From positions 13,709-77,708 of the forward strand of contig UQVP01000002.1 in NCBI GenBank assembly GCA_900544605.1: DNA of 64,000 bases, in the 5' to 3' direction. The DNA is from an uncultured Mycoplasmatota bacterium. Its GTDB lineage: Bacteria > Bacillota_I > Bacilli_A > RF39 > UBA660. The translations under genes were made by a program, and so were the position numbers. The notes beneath the pieces were generated by a model. The model searched no databases, had not been told where the DNA came from, and saw only the letters and a program-made list of their open reading frames with translations. Numbering within the stretch: position 1 is the stretch's first letter; the number at the start of each line of letters is the position of its first letter. Of this stretch, positions 9,584-20,954 are shown piece after piece.

Positions 9584-10756
9584 TTGAAAAAGGTTTGTTT
9601 GATAGTTCCTAATAAATTAACCGTTCCAGCAGTTTTAGGTGGGGCAATTGAAACTTTAGTTACATTAATTATAGATGCTAATGAAAAACATAATGAGTTA
9701 GAATTAACTGTTGTAGCACCTTATAATGAGCAGGCATACATATTAAGCAAAAATTATAAGTATACTAAGTTTATTTATATTAAAAAGAATATAAGTTATT
9801 ATTTTACTTCTTGCTTATTTAAATTAATTAATAAAACATTTAAAAAAAATTATTGCACTTATAACCATTTTGTTATTAATAAGATAAAAAATGAAGATTT
9901 TGATTATGTTATAGCAGAAGGTGGAGAATATGCTTCTTATAAGAAAATATTAAAGTATTTTGATAGAAATAAAATGATATTGCACCTTCACCATGAATGG
10001 CACAGTAATAAAATAATAGATGAAACTTTTTCTAAAGTAATAGGTGTAAGCAATTATGTGACTGAAGAATTTAAAAAAAGTTCAAATATAAACACGTATA
10101 ATGTTTTAAAGAATGCTATAGATTTATCTAAGTTTATTAAAAAAAATGACATTAAGAGCAAAAAAGAATTAATTAACAAATTTAAGTTTAAAGAAGATGA
10201 TTTTGTTGTGTTATATTGTGGTAGACTTATAGAAATTAAAGGTGTTTTGGAACTAGTAAAAGCTATTAAAAGTATAGATAATGAACATATAAAATTACTA
10301 ATCGTTGGGTCTTCTAATTTTGCAAATGCTAAAAAAAATGAATATATTTTAAATTTAGAAAAAGAAATAGAAATTTGTAAAGATAGAGTTCAATTTACAG
10401 GATATATTAATAATGTTGATTTATATAAATATTATGAACTAATAGATGTATTATGTGTTCCTTCTATTTGTAATGAGGCAGCAGGACTTACTGCAATAGA
10501 AGGAATGGCTTCAAGTAAACCTTTAATAGTCACTAATAATGGTGGCCTTCCTGAATATATTTGTAAAGATGGTGCTATTGTTTTAAAAACTGACAAGGAT
10601 TTTATTAATAATTTAAAAGAAGCTATTATTTCTTTATATCAAGATAAAAAAAGCTGTGAAGAAATGGGCAGAAAAAATTTATTAGAATCCAAAAAATATG
10701 ATTATTTAAAATTTTATCAGAACTTTGTTAATATAATTAATAATTATAAAGATTAA
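9584..10756 (+). CDS. Glycosyltransferase family 4 (GT-B)
   Basis: GGAIETLV near the N-terminus and a C-terminal EAAGLTAIEGMASSKPLIVTNNGGLPE (E-X7-E type) motif. TTG start with an AGGTGA ribosome-binding site. Confidence 0.8.
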   Translation: MKKVCLIVPNKLTVPAVLGGAIETLVTLIIDANEKHNELELTVVAPYNEQAYILSKNYKYTKFIYIKKNISYYFTSCLFKLINKTFKKNYCTYNHFVINKIKNEDFDYVIAEGGEYASYKKILKYFDRNKMILHLHHEWHSNKIIDETFSKVIGVSNYVTEEFKKSSNINTYNVLKNAIDLSKFIKKNDIKSKKELINKFKFKEDDFVVLYCGRLIEIKGVLELVKAIKSIDNEHIKLLIVGSSNFANAKKNEYILNLEKEIEICKDRVQFTGYINNVDLYKYYELIDVLCVPSICNEAAGLTAIEGMASSKPLIVTNNGGLPEYICKDGAIVLKTDKDFINNLKEAIISLYQDKKSCEEMGRKNLLESKKYDYLKFYQNFVNIINNYKD

Positions 10757-10768
10757 AGGAGTGTTATA

Positions 10769-11695
10769 ATGAAATATAGTATAATAATACCAGTATATAA
10801 TGTAGAAAACTATATTAAAAAGTGTTTAGAATCTATAAAAGGGCAAACATATAAAAATTTTGAAGTTATTATTGTAAATGATGGCTCAAAACAAAACGAA
10901 AAAGAAATAATTAAACCGTTTTTAAAAGATAAAAGATTTAAATACTATGAAAAAGAAAATGGGGGATTATCTGATGCCAGAAATTATGGTGTAGGTTATG
11001 CTGCTGGTGATTATATCATTTATGTAGATTCAGATGATTATATAGAAAAAGATCTATTAACTAAAATTAATAATTTAGTTGAAACAATAGATTATGATGT
11101 TGTTAGATATAACTTAAATGTTGTTTCAGAAGATGGTGAAATAATTTTTAAAAATGATGATATTGATTTAACTTATGACTCAATTAAAGGTATATTATTA
11201 AATAAATATGTTGAGCCAGCTTGGCTTTATGCTTACAAAAAAGATTTTTATTTAAAAAACAAATTTACCTTTCCTAAAGGAAAAATTCATGAAGATTTTT
11301 ATTTGACATTACTAATTTTAGATAAAGCTAAAAATATTGGTGTTATAAATTATAATGGATATAATTATGTCCAGAGAGGTACAGGAATTATGGGAAATAA
11401 AGCTTATGAAAAAGTAAAAATTCGTGTTGAAGACTTTATATCTCATAATAAATATCATCAAAAAAATATTAAAAATAAATATATATTAAGTTACTCTAAT
11501 AGATCTTTAGTTTATAAAATAAGTGAACTAAAGGGTAAAGATTTAGATAATAAAATAAATTATATAGAAAAAAGCAATATATTGTCTAACATTTATTCAT
11601 TAAGTTTTAAACAGTTTCTTATAAATACGTATATGAAATTATTCTTAAGAAAATTTGTTTATTCAAAAAATAATGAATTTTATAAAGGAGAATAA
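10769..11695 (+). CDS. Glycosyltransferase family 2
   Basis: YSIIIPVYNVENYIKKCLESIKGQTYKNFEVIIVNDGS ... YVDSDDY. Confidence 0.85.
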   Translation: MKYSIIIPVYNVENYIKKCLESIKGQTYKNFEVIIVNDGSKQNEKEIIKPFLKDKRFKYYEKENGGLSDARNYGVGYAAGDYIIYVDSDDYIEKDLLTKINNLVETIDYDVVRYNLNVVSEDGEIIFKNDDIDLTYDSIKGILLNKYVEPAWLYAYKKDFYLKNKFTFPKGKIHEDFYLTLLILDKAKNIGVINYNGYNYVQRGTGIMGNKAYEKVKIRVEDFISHNKYHQKNIKNKYILSYSNRSLVYKISELKGKDLDNKINYIEKSNILSNIYSLSFKQFLINTYMKLFLRKFVYSKNNEFYKGE

Positions 11696-11701
11696 AATAA
11701 T

Positions 11702-12655
11702 ATGGATATAAGTATAATAATACCAGCATATAATGCAGAACCTTATATAGATAAGTGTTTAAACACGATATTAAATCAAACTTTTAAAGGTAATTTTGAG
11801 ATTATTATAGTAAATGATGGTTCAAAGGATGATACATTAAAAATTTTAAATAAATATGCTAAAAAATATAAAAAAATTAAGATAATTGACCAAAAAAATG
11901 CTGGACAAGCTGTTGCACGTAATAATGCTTTAAAGGTTGCTTTAGGAAAGTATATAATGTTTGTTGATGTTGATGATTATATAGATGAAACAATGCTTGA
12001 TAAAATGTATAGTGTTGCAATTAAAGAAAATGCAGATATTGTATATTGTGATTATTATGAACATTATAAAGATGATGATAGGATTGTTCATAATTATATT
12101 ACTGAAGATGAAATAAAAAATGCTATTTTAGCGAATTATGCGCCTTGGGGTAAATTATATAATTTAGATTTTTTTAAAAAAAGTAAATTAGAATTTATGA
12201 AAGGTAAGCTGTTTGAAGACATTGCCATAGTTCCAGTGTTGGCAGCATTATCTAAAAAAAGTATTAGAGTACCAGAGGCACTTTATTATTATAATTGTTC
12301 AAATGTTTCTTCAATTCGTAAAAAAAGTTATAATAAAAAATTAGAAGATGTTTTTGATTCAATTGATATTACATATAAAAATTTTAAAGATAAAAAACTT
12401 TTAGAAAAGTATTATACTGAAATTGAATATATTTATTTAGATAGCTTTTTAAAAGGTGGGGTTTTTAGATTTTGTGATTTTAAGGAAGGAATTGAAAATG
12501 CTTCAATATTAAGAAAAAAGATTAAGAAATTATTTCCAAAAATTATAAATAATGTATATTATAAAAAATTACCATTAAATAGCAAAAAATATATTTTTAT
12601 TTCATATTATTTTCCTACTAAACTTATTTATTTAATGAAGAGAGCAAAAAAATGA
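11702..12655 (+). CDS. Glycosyltransferase family 2
   Basis: ISIIIPAYNAEPYIDKCLNTILNQTF...IIIVNDGSKD ... FVDVDDY. Confidence 0.85.
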   Translation: MDISIIIPAYNAEPYIDKCLNTILNQTFKGNFEIIIVNDGSKDDTLKILNKYAKKYKKIKIIDQKNAGQAVARNNALKVALGKYIMFVDVDDYIDETMLDKMYSVAIKENADIVYCDYYEHYKDDDRIVHNYITEDEIKNAILANYAPWGKLYNLDFFKKSKLEFMKGKLFEDIAIVPVLAALSKKSIRVPEALYYYNCSNVSSIRKKSYNKKLEDVFDSIDITYKNFKDKKLLEKYYTEIEYIYLDSFLKGGVFRFCDFKEGIENASILRKKIKKLFPKIINNVYYKKLPLNSKKYIFISYYFPTKLIYLMKRAKK

Positions 12656-13773
12656 AAAAAATATTGATAACAACCAAAACTTTAGCAATAGGTGGAGTGG
12701 AAACATCTTTAGTATTTCTAATAAATAAATTGATTAATGACTATGAAATAGATTTATTGGTTATGGATAAAGGTGAGCTAGAAGCAAAAATTGACAAGAG
12801 AGTTAATATTATTTTGTATAATAGTTTGTTTCCTAATATAAATTTAAAGACAAAACTATATAATATAAATAAAAATATCGCAGTTAAAAAGCTATTAAAA
12901 ATGTATAAAAATATGTTAAATAAAGAATATGATGTTTCTATAGCTTATTATGGCTTTGATAATTATACTGATTTAGTAGCTGCATCAGTAAAAAGTAAAA
13001 AAAAGATTATTTGGGTTCATAACGATTTTAAAAGTGCTATAGAAACTAAAAAATTTAGGATATTATATAAATTTATGTATAAATTAATGGGAAGAAAATT
13101 TAATTATTTTGATTCCTATGTTTGTGTTTCAAAGTATGCTAAACAAAATTTTGATGATTTTTTTAATATTGATTCAAATAAAAGTATTTGTATTCATAAT
13201 TATATATCTGAAAATTATGTTATAGATTTGTCCAAACAGTCTACTAGTGTAAAACTGAATAAAGGAAATTTTAATATTATCGCTATAGGTAGATTAGTAA
13301 AATCAAAAAACTTTGATAAAATTATAACTGTTGTTGCAGAGTTAAAAAAGAAATCGCTTCCAATTCATTTATATATACTTGGCGATGGCCCTGAATTTAA
13401 CAATTTAAATGTTCTGGTTTCTAATTATAAAGCTAGTACTTATATAAGTATGTTGGGAAATCAAATTAACCCTTATAATATATTAAAGCAAGCAGACTTA
13501 TTACTTTCAATGTCGGAATTTGAAAGCTTTGGAAATATATTGATTGAAGGGCTAATATTAAATATACCATATATATCAAATATAAATTCTGGGTCTAAAG
13601 AAATCTTTGAAAATTGTACACCTAAGGGTATGGGCGTTATATGCAAAAATAGTGAAGTGAAAGATAAACTAATAGAATTTTATAATAATAAAGATTTTAA
13701 ATATAATAAGTTTCAAATAAAAAAATATAATAATGAAATAATAGATAAGATTTATGAAATTATAAAAGGATAA
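12652..13773 (+). CDS. Glycosyltransferase family 4-like (GT-B)
   Basis: LAIGGVETSL near the N-terminus, GRLVKSKNFD, and a C-terminal SEFESFGNILIEG motif. Translationally coupled to the upstream gene. Confidence 0.7.
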   Translation: MKKILITTKTLAIGGVETSLVFLINKLINDYEIDLLVMDKGELEAKIDKRVNIILYNSLFPNINLKTKLYNINKNIAVKKLLKMYKNMLNKEYDVSIAYYGFDNYTDLVAASVKSKKKIIWVHNDFKSAIETKKFRILYKFMYKLMGRKFNYFDSYVCVSKYAKQNFDDFFNIDSNKSICIHNYISENYVIDLSKQSTSVKLNKGNFNIIAIGRLVKSKNFDKIITVVAELKKKSLPIHLYILGDGPEFNNLNVLVSNYKASTYISMLGNQINPYNILKQADLLLSMSEFESFGNILIEGLILNIPYISNINSGSKEIFENCTPKGMGVICKNSEVKDKLIEFYNNKDFKYNKFQIKKYNNEIIDKIYEIIKG

Positions 13774-13778
13774 GAAAA

Positions 13779-15188
13779 TTAATTCTTATCCTTTTTATTA
13801 AAGTTTTTACTTGCAAATAAAGAAGTAATAAAAATGGTGAAATATGCTACATCTTTCATATAGAAAATACTTTCTGTGTGACAAGATAATATAATAATTA
13901 CAAGAAGCATAATAGAAAATAAATTTTTGTTTTTTAATAAATAATATAAAATAATTGTAAAAAATATAAGCATTCCTAGAATTCCAATTTCTGCTCCTAG
14001 TTGATAATACATATTGTGGGGGTAAAGATATCTTGATGTAGTATCAAAGCTTTTATCTTTAATATAATCACTAGCATTTTGATTTTCATATATATAATTA
14101 TAAGAACCAATTCCAATTCCTAGAGTAGGATTAGATTTCATTATATTTTTTGCTACAGATTTAAAATATTTTCGACTGTTTAATGAATAATCTATATTTT
14201 CAATTAGTTGTATATCATTGCCTTGTTGATTATCGCTACTATTAGTTTGATTTGGATTTTGTTCAATACTATTGTTTCCGTTATTTGAATTATTGTCAAC
14301 TTTAATTATAAAAATGTTAAAAATAGGCTTAGTGATCTTTGATAAAATGTTGGTATGTGTTTTATTGTCTATTTTATAAACAACATCTTCAAAGTATTTA
14401 GCAGTAGCGCTATATAGATAATTTTGACCAGGAATTATAAATGAAAGTAAGATCATCAAGATTATTAATATTGATATATGTTTTCTCTTTTTTATAAAGA
14501 AATAAATTATCATAATAAAATAAACAATTAATATTATAATTTGTGATGTTCTGCAAAAAGTAAAGAAAAGGTTTAAATTTGCAAGACAGAAAGCTATAAT
14601 TACTAAAGCTTTATTTATCAAATTATTTTTTAATAGAAATAAACAATATAGAATGTTAATTAATAAATATTTATCATATATTGTTGCAATATAGAAAGTA
14701 GAGTTAATTCTTCCTCTTGCTCCAGGATATTTTTCTATACCATTTAAATTTATTCCTAATTTAAATATATATTGTAATACTCCAATAATACACACAAATA
14801 TTAAAAGGTATATAATGCTATAGTTAATTATTTTTTTTTGTTTTTGTGAAAATTCAATTTGGTTTAGTATATATAGAAAGTAAATCATTAAACTAAATTT
14901 TATAAAATTAGAAACATTGTATATTTTATTGCAAATGGAAAAATTCCAAGATAGAAATAATATTACAATAAATATTAACGATAATACGCTAATAAGATTT
15001 AACTTATATTTATTTTGTCCTTTACTATCATAGACTAAACAACCAAATAATGATATTGGTAAAATATAATTTATAATTGTTGCTAGTTTAGAAATATGTA
15101 AAAATGTATTTAATTGTTCATTACCTAACAAAGGTAATAAAATAATATTTAATATTAATAGTATAAAAGTTTTCTTAGTGATTTTCAT
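13779..15188 (-). CDS. O-antigen ligase/polymerase-like (Wzy-type) polytopic membrane protein
   Basis: 469 aa with more than 10 TM helices, a large loop carrying an N/Q-rich insert, and a PHNMYYQLGAEIGILG motif like the Wzy_C family. It is the only minus-strand gene in the locus. Confidence 0.65.
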   Translation of the reverse strand: MKITKKTFILLILNIILLPLLGNEQLNTFLHISKLATIINYILPISLFGCLVYDSKGQNKYKLNLISVLSLIFIVILFLSWNFSICNKIYNVSNFIKFSLMIYFLYILNQIEFSQKQKKIINYSIIYLLIFVCIIGVLQYIFKLGINLNGIEKYPGARGRINSTFYIATIYDKYLLINILYCLFLLKNNLINKALVIIAFCLANLNLFFTFCRTSQIIILIVYFIMIIYFFIKKRKHISILIILMILLSFIIPGQNYLYSATAKYFEDVVYKIDNKTHTNILSKITKPIFNIFIIKVDNNSNNGNNSIEQNPNQTNSSDNQQGNDIQLIENIDYSLNSRKYFKSVAKNIMKSNPTLGIGIGSYNYIYENQNASDYIKDKSFDTTSRYLYPHNMYYQLGAEIGILGMLIFFTIILYYLLKNKNLFSIMLLVIIILSCHTESIFYMKDVAYFTIFITSLFASKNFNKKDKN

Positions 15189-15368
15189 AACGCACCTCTT
15201 TTAAAGTATAACATAACTGATTATTAAAAACAAATATTAGTTTTTAGTTTCTGTATATTTTTGTAAAATGCAGAAAAATCAAAACTTTATTCTGTAAAGT
15301 AGGAAAATAATATTTTTTATATTATTGTAAATAATATATAACGTGTTATAATTAAATAGGTGGTATGA

Positions 15369-17291
15369 ATGAAAAAAAATAAAAAAATGAAATGGAATAT
15401 TAGAAAAGTAGTTGGGGCAGCAACATTACTATTTAATTTAGTGTTGACTATTCTTTTATTAGTGTTAAATGTTCTTCCAATGAAATATTTAATCCCTATC
15501 ATTGTTATATTTATTGGGATAGATGCTTTAATAGTATTATTTGGTTTTATTAAAAAACTAAAGAAAAAAGGAAATATCATTTATATAGTTTTAAATGTAT
15601 TGTGGTGTTTAATTTGTATATTTGGTTCCTTTTATTTATTCAAAACTATTAGTTTCATGGGAGGATTAGGGTCTTCTAATGAAAAAACAGAGAATTATTC
15701 TGTCATTGTTTTAAAGGATAGTTCTTATGAAAAAGTTGAAGATATAAAGAACAAAGAAGTTGGTATTGTTTCTTATCAAAGTGAAGGAAAAGATAAAGCA
15801 AAAGAACATTTAAGTTCTAAAGTAAGTGTTAATTACAAAGATTTTGAAACACCACAAGACTTAGAAAATGCTTTATTAGATAAAGATATCGATGTCATTA
15901 TGGTTGAAGATTCTTATGTTGAAATGTTCAAAGAGATAAATGAAGATTTCGAATCTTTAACAAAAGTTATATATACATTTTCTGTTCAGATGAAGGCGGA
16001 AGATATATCAAAAGATGTTAGTGTAACAAAAGAACCATTCAGTATCTATATAAGTGGTATTGATACTTATGGTAAAATTAGTTCTGTATCACGTAGTGAT
16101 GTTAATATGGTGGCAACAGTTAATCCTAACACTAACCAAGTATTATTGATATCAATTCCTCGTGATTATTATGTTAAATTGCACGGCACAACTGGTTATA
16201 ATGATAAATTAACTCATGCCGGTATATATGGTGTTGATATGTCAGTTAAAACAATTGAAGATCTTCTTGGTATTAATATAAATTACTACGTTAAGGTAAA
16301 TTTTAGTAGTGTTATTAAAATAGTAGATGTTTTAGGTGGTGTTGATGTATATTCTGAATATACTTTCAAATCTTATTCGGGATATAATTTTACAAAAGGA
16401 TATAATCATATGAATGGTGAACAAGCTTTAGATTTTGCTCGTACACGTAAAGCATTTGCGTCAGGAGATAGACAAAGAGGTAAAAATCAACAAGCTGTTA
16501 TAGAAGCATTAATTAGAAAATGTTCTAGTGCTTCAGTTATAACTAAATATAGTTCATTATTAGATAGTTTAAGCGGAAGTTTTCAAACTAATATGAGTAC
16601 TAAAGAAATTACTTCTTTAGCTAAATATCAGTTAGATAAAATGCCAGAATGGACTGTAAAATCAATTTCATTAGATGGTGGAGATTCATATAATTATACA
16701 TATAGTTATGGACGATCTAAATCATATGTAATGACACCTTATGAATCAAGCATTAAAGAAGCACAACAAGCATTATCAGAAATATTAGGTGGTGCTGTTC
16801 AAGAAAGTTCTTATAGTAAAGTTTCAAATGTTAAAACACCAAGTACAAATAAAAATTCTAATAGTAATTTGTCTACAAATAATAGTAGAGATAATCAGGT
16901 ATCAACAGAACCAACAATAAAACTAAGTAGTGATGATATTACTATAGAAGTAGGAGAAATAACTACTTTAACAGCAACTGTGACAAATAGTAAGGAAAGC
17001 GTTAGTTGGTCATCTAGTGATACTAGTGTTGCTAGTGTAAGTAATGGAAAAATAACACCAATAAGAGCAGGAACAGTTACTATTACTGCAAAAGTTGGAA
17101 ATAAATCTGCTACTTGTATTGTTCGTATTAATAAGAAACAAGAAGAGAAAAATCCTCTTCAGCCAATATTACCAAGTGAAGAAGAAAAAATTACAGGAGA
17201 AAATGGTAGTTCAAGCAATAATGAAAAAAATACAGAAAGTGAAACTACAAATTCTTCAAATGAAAAAAATAATGAAGATACTCAAAGTTAA
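15369..17291 (+). CDS. LytR-CpsA-Psr (LCP) family phosphotransferase with C-terminal Big_2-like domain
   Basis: N-terminal TM helices; LCP core (SRSDVNMVATVNP...ISIPRDYYV...LTHAG, ALDFARTRKAF..GDRQRGKNQQ); Ig-like ITIEVGEITTLTATV...VTITAKVGNKSATCIVRI. Confidence 0.85.
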   Translation: MKKNKKMKWNIRKVVGAATLLFNLVLTILLLVLNVLPMKYLIPIIVIFIGIDALIVLFGFIKKLKKKGNIIYIVLNVLWCLICIFGSFYLFKTISFMGGLGSSNEKTENYSVIVLKDSSYEKVEDIKNKEVGIVSYQSEGKDKAKEHLSSKVSVNYKDFETPQDLENALLDKDIDVIMVEDSYVEMFKEINEDFESLTKVIYTFSVQMKAEDISKDVSVTKEPFSIYISGIDTYGKISSVSRSDVNMVATVNPNTNQVLLISIPRDYYVKLHGTTGYNDKLTHAGIYGVDMSVKTIEDLLGININYYVKVNFSSVIKIVDVLGGVDVYSEYTFKSYSGYNFTKGYNHMNGEQALDFARTRKAFASGDRQRGKNQQAVIEALIRKCSSASVITKYSSLLDSLSGSFQTNMSTKEITSLAKYQLDKMPEWTVKSISLDGGDSYNYTYSYGRSKSYVMTPYESSIKEAQQALSEILGGAVQESSYSKVSNVKTPSTNKNSNSNLSTNNSRDNQVSTEPTIKLSSDDITIEVGEITTLTATVTNSKESVSWSSSDTSVASVSNGKITPIRAGTVTITAKVGNKSATCIVRINKKQEEKNPLQPILPSEEEKITGENGSSSNNEKNTESETTNSSNEKNNEDTQS

Positions 17292-17415
17292 GTTGAGTAT
17301 TTTTTTTAACATTAACTATAATTTTTATACTTTTTTTGATGTGTAAAATTGAATTATATTGATCTTAATTCTTGTTTCTTATGTGCTTATATGTTATTAT
17401 ATTATTGGTGATATA

Positions 17416-17886
17416 ATGACAAAGGTTCTTTTTATTTCAAGTACTGGTGGACATTTAGACGAAATGTTACAGTTAAAAGAAATGTTTAAAAAATATGATT
17501 TTCATATTATAACAGAAAAAACAAAATCAAATATGGGATTAAAAACTAAATATCCACACAGGGTTAATTATTTAGTTTATGGAACAAAAGATCATAAATT
17601 AACTTATCCTTTTAAATTATTATATAATTGTTTTAAATCTTTATTTCTATATATTAAAATTAGACCAAAATTTATTATAACAACAGGAGCTCATACTGCA
17701 GGTCCTATGTGTTGTATAGGAAAATTATTTGGTTCAAAAATTATTTTTATTGAATCTTTTGCCAACATACACACTAAAACTATAACAGGAAGACTTGTAT
17801 ATAAATTTGCTGATTTATTTATTGTGCAATGGGAAAGTATGTTAGAATTATATCCTAATGCTGTTTATGGAGGTTGGATTTTTTAA
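17416..17886 (+). CDS. Alg14-like / PssD-type glycosyltransferase membrane-anchor subunit
   Basis: VLFISSTGGHLDEMLQL...ITTGAHTAGPMC...IFIESFA pattern. ATG 17416 was chosen because a GGTGA ribosome-binding site lies upstream. Confidence 0.7.
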   Translation: MTKVLFISSTGGHLDEMLQLKEMFKKYDFHIITEKTKSNMGLKTKYPHRVNYLVYGTKDHKLTYPFKLLYNCFKSLFLYIKIRPKFIITTGAHTAGPMCCIGKLFGSKIIFIESFANIHTKTITGRLVYKFADLFIVQWESMLELYPNAVYGGWIF

Positions 17887-18368
17887 TGATATTGGTAACA
17901 CTAGGTACTCAGGACAAGCCATTTACGAGATTGCTTGATGCTGTACAAGAACAAATTAATAAAGGAAATATAAAAGATAGAGTGGTAGTTCAAGCGGGAT
18001 GCACAACTTATAATAGCAGTGATATGGAAATATTTGATTTAATTCCTAAAGATGATTTTGAAAAATTAATAAGTGAATGTGATTTATTAATCACACATGG
18101 TGGCGTTTCTTCAATTTTAACAGGATTAAAAAATAATAAGAAAGTAATTGCAGCAGCGAGATTAAAACAATATGGTGAACATACCAATGATCATCAATTA
18201 CAAATTATTGAAAATTTTACTAAAAGTGGATATATATTAAGTGTAGATGATTTTGCAGATTTAGGTAAAATTATAAAAAAAGCAAAAAATTTTAAACCAA
18301 AAAAATATAAGAGTAATACTAAAAATATGGTTAAATTAATAGAAAATTTTATAGATAGCTATAATTAA
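17886..18368 (+). CDS. Alg13-like / PssE-type glycosyltransferase catalytic subunit
   Basis: MILVTLGTQDKPFTRLL...ITHGGVSSILTGL...NDHQLQI pattern. The start overlaps the upstream stop (TAATG). Confidence 0.7.
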   Translation: MILVTLGTQDKPFTRLLDAVQEQINKGNIKDRVVVQAGCTTYNSSDMEIFDLIPKDDFEKLISECDLLITHGGVSSILTGLKNNKKVIAAARLKQYGEHTNDHQLQIIENFTKSGYILSVDDFADLGKIIKKAKNFKPKKYKSNTKNMVKLIENFIDSYN

Positions 18369-18400
18369 ATTTTTCTATTATTATTGAAAGAGGTGTGGGT

Positions 18401-20953
18401 ATGAGTAAAAACTTCAAAAAAATCTTAATTCTTTTTTTAACTTTATTTTTATTCTATTTTGCAATAGGATTAGTTTTTTCTTATTTTTTAAATACTCTTG
18501 ATTATTATAATATTTTTTTTGGATCTGATAGTAATCGTGTCTTTATTGATTTAACAGTAAGAGTAGCTAATCATTATAGAACTAGTGTTCATCCGTTGTT
18601 TGTTATTTTATTTCAACCATTAGTTAAAATACTTAACTTTGGTTTAAATAATAGTATTTTATCATCTCTAGCACTTCAAAGTTTTTTCAATGCTGGTTCT
18701 CTAACTATAATTTATTTGTTTTTAGAAAAGATAAATTTAAATAATAAAGTAAAAAAATCTCTATTTTTAATAATGACTATTTCCTTTGGGCAGATAGTTT
18801 ACTCTGCAACCTTGGAAACTTACCCATTTGCGCAATTCTTTTTAATTTTATTGTTTTATTTTGCATATTGTAAAAAAGATAAAACTTTGTTGCTTAGAGA
18901 TTATATTATCTTTACTCTATTAGGTGTAGGTTGCTTATCTGTAACTTTAACAAATTATTTTGTATATTTATTAGTAATGTTTTATATAATATTTTTTAAT
19001 GATAAATCCGGTAAAAAAATAATTAATAAATTAAGCATATTATTTTTGTGTATTTTGGCTTCTTTTGGAATAACTGTTGTTTTATCTGAGTTACAAGCTG
19101 TTTTATTTCCAGATTCTAGTCTATTCTTCTTAGATAATTTAAAAGCTATATTTATGCATTCATCTGAAGAACTTAACTATGTAGAAAAGTTTTCTTTGCT
19201 TTCTGTAGTAAGACAGATAAAAACAGTTTTCTCGTATAGTTTTATATCTCCAAAAGTTGGTTTGATATTTGATGAAACTAATATGGTACTAAATTTTGAT
19301 TCAATGTATTTTATAAATAAATTAATTGTTATTTTTACTATTTTATTAATAGGAATATTGATAGTTAATTTTGTAAAAAAAGAAAAAAGAAATTTAATGA
19401 AACATAGTTTTTTTCTTCTTTTAATAGTTAGTTTTGCGTTTAATTTTTGTTTACATCTTTTTTATGGTAATAATGAAGGTTTCCTTTATATTTTACATTA
19501 TCAATTTCTTTTAATTTTAATTACTGCTTACTTAATACAATTCGTTGATAAAAAGTATCAAAAATTTAGTGAAATTGTTTTGCTTACCTTTTTAATGCTA
19601 GAACTTATTTTAAATTCAATATCGGTATTTAAAATGTTTGATTTATTAAAAAATGTATATGAGATTAGAATGAATATTGATTTAGTATTACTTATAATTT
19701 ATATAATTTGTAGTTATATTATAATTTGTTTAGCAGGTATCCCTAAAAAGTGGAAAATAGCTTCGTGTATAATTTTGACTGTGATTTTGGCTTTTACATT
19801 TAATAAGATAGATTATACTTTAAAAACAAAAAATGAAATGTTGAATTATATAGATGCCACATATGAAAAACAATATGATTTATATTCAAATCAACTTGAA
19901 AAACTAAAAAACGAGTATAATGTAAATGTTGCTTACAATAATAGTGATAAATTATACTTGTTTGGCATGGGAAACAGAAAAAAATTACTTTACACCAATG
20001 GAATATTATATGATTTAAAAAATAAAACAATTTTATATAACTTTTATCCTATAGGTGAAATGATAATTCCAAATATGTATACAGTATCTTTAAAAGATAA
20101 AAATGGAAATAAATATGTTATATATGAAAATGAAGATGGTATCTATTTAAAAACAAATGATGAAGATAAGGTAAGTTTGGATGATAGTGAGAAAATTAAT
20201 TTACCAGATTTTAATAATTTTAAATATTCTGAAATTTTGAAAGTACTGCATCAAGAAATTTTATTTAATATAGATAATAATGAATTAAAACCTAATATAC
20301 TAGTGTATGATAATGGTTGGTATCGCGATGCGATGATGGGTGCGATGGTACTTGAAAAAACCTTTAATTTGAATTTAATTAAACCTTGGGTTGATAGAAT
20401 TAATAATATATATGATGAACAAAACGGAACAAAAGAAGCTGACAATTTAGGAGAACTTTTATATTTGATATCAGTGACAAATAGTAGTAATCCAATTATA
20501 AATGAAATTTTTTCTGAAGTAGAAAGAATAAAAAATGAAAATAATACAAACTATATAATAGGATCCACAGATAATCAAATTTTAGCATACTATCCAACAG
20601 CAGTTTTAAAGTTTGCTTTAGAAAGAGGAAATTATGATGCTTTTGTTGAGCTACCTAAAGAATATGATAATTATACTAGTTTAGTGTGGTTTTATGATAA
20701 AGATAAAAATATCAATGCTGATATTGATGATATTCAATTTCCTTATTTAGGATGGGCTAGATATCATACGAACAAAAAGAGCAACTTATATATTTGCGAT
20801 AGTTTATATCCACTTAGTTATGAAAAAAATGCTGCTTTTGCTGATTATAAAAAATTAGATGAAAATATTAATTTTTATAAAGAAAACAGTATCTCACCAA
20901 CTCACGTATGGGATGCTGCCGAGAAATTTTTGCTTTTATACGAGGTACAATAA
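18401..20953 (+). CDS. Large polytopic membrane protein with ~380-aa extracytoplasmic C-terminal domain (GT-C-like candidate)
   Basis: About 14 hydrophobic helices in the first ~470 aa, then a soluble domain. ATG 18401 follows a GAAAGAGGTG ribosome-binding site. No specific family was recognised. Confidence 0.45.
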   Translation: MSKNFKKILILFLTLFLFYFAIGLVFSYFLNTLDYYNIFFGSDSNRVFIDLTVRVANHYRTSVHPLFVILFQPLVKILNFGLNNSILSSLALQSFFNAGSLTIIYLFLEKINLNNKVKKSLFLIMTISFGQIVYSATLETYPFAQFFLILLFYFAYCKKDKTLLLRDYIIFTLLGVGCLSVTLTNYFVYLLVMFYIIFFNDKSGKKIINKLSILFLCILASFGITVVLSELQAVLFPDSSLFFLDNLKAIFMHSSEELNYVEKFSLLSVVRQIKTVFSYSFISPKVGLIFDETNMVLNFDSMYFINKLIVIFTILLIGILIVNFVKKEKRNLMKHSFFLLLIVSFAFNFCLHLFYGNNEGFLYILHYQFLLILITAYLIQFVDKKYQKFSEIVLLTFLMLELILNSISVFKMFDLLKNVYEIRMNIDLVLLIIYIICSYIIICLAGIPKKWKIASCIILTVILAFTFNKIDYTLKTKNEMLNYIDATYEKQYDLYSNQLEKLKNEYNVNVAYNNSDKLYLFGMGNRKKLLYTNGILYDLKNKTILYNFYPIGEMIIPNMYTVSLKDKNGNKYVIYENEDGIYLKTNDEDKVSLDDSEKINLPDFNNFKYSEILKVLHQEILFNIDNNELKPNILVYDNGWYRDAMMGAMVLEKTFNLNLIKPWVDRINNIYDEQNGTKEADNLGELLYLISVTNSSNPIINEIFSEVERIKNENNTNYIIGSTDNQILAYYPTAVLKFALERGNYDAFVELPKEYDNYTSLVWFYDKDKNINADIDDIQFPYLGWARYHTNKKSNLYICDSLYPLSYEKNAAFADYKKLDENINFYKENSISPTHVWDAAEKFLLLYEVQ

Positions 20954-20954
20954 T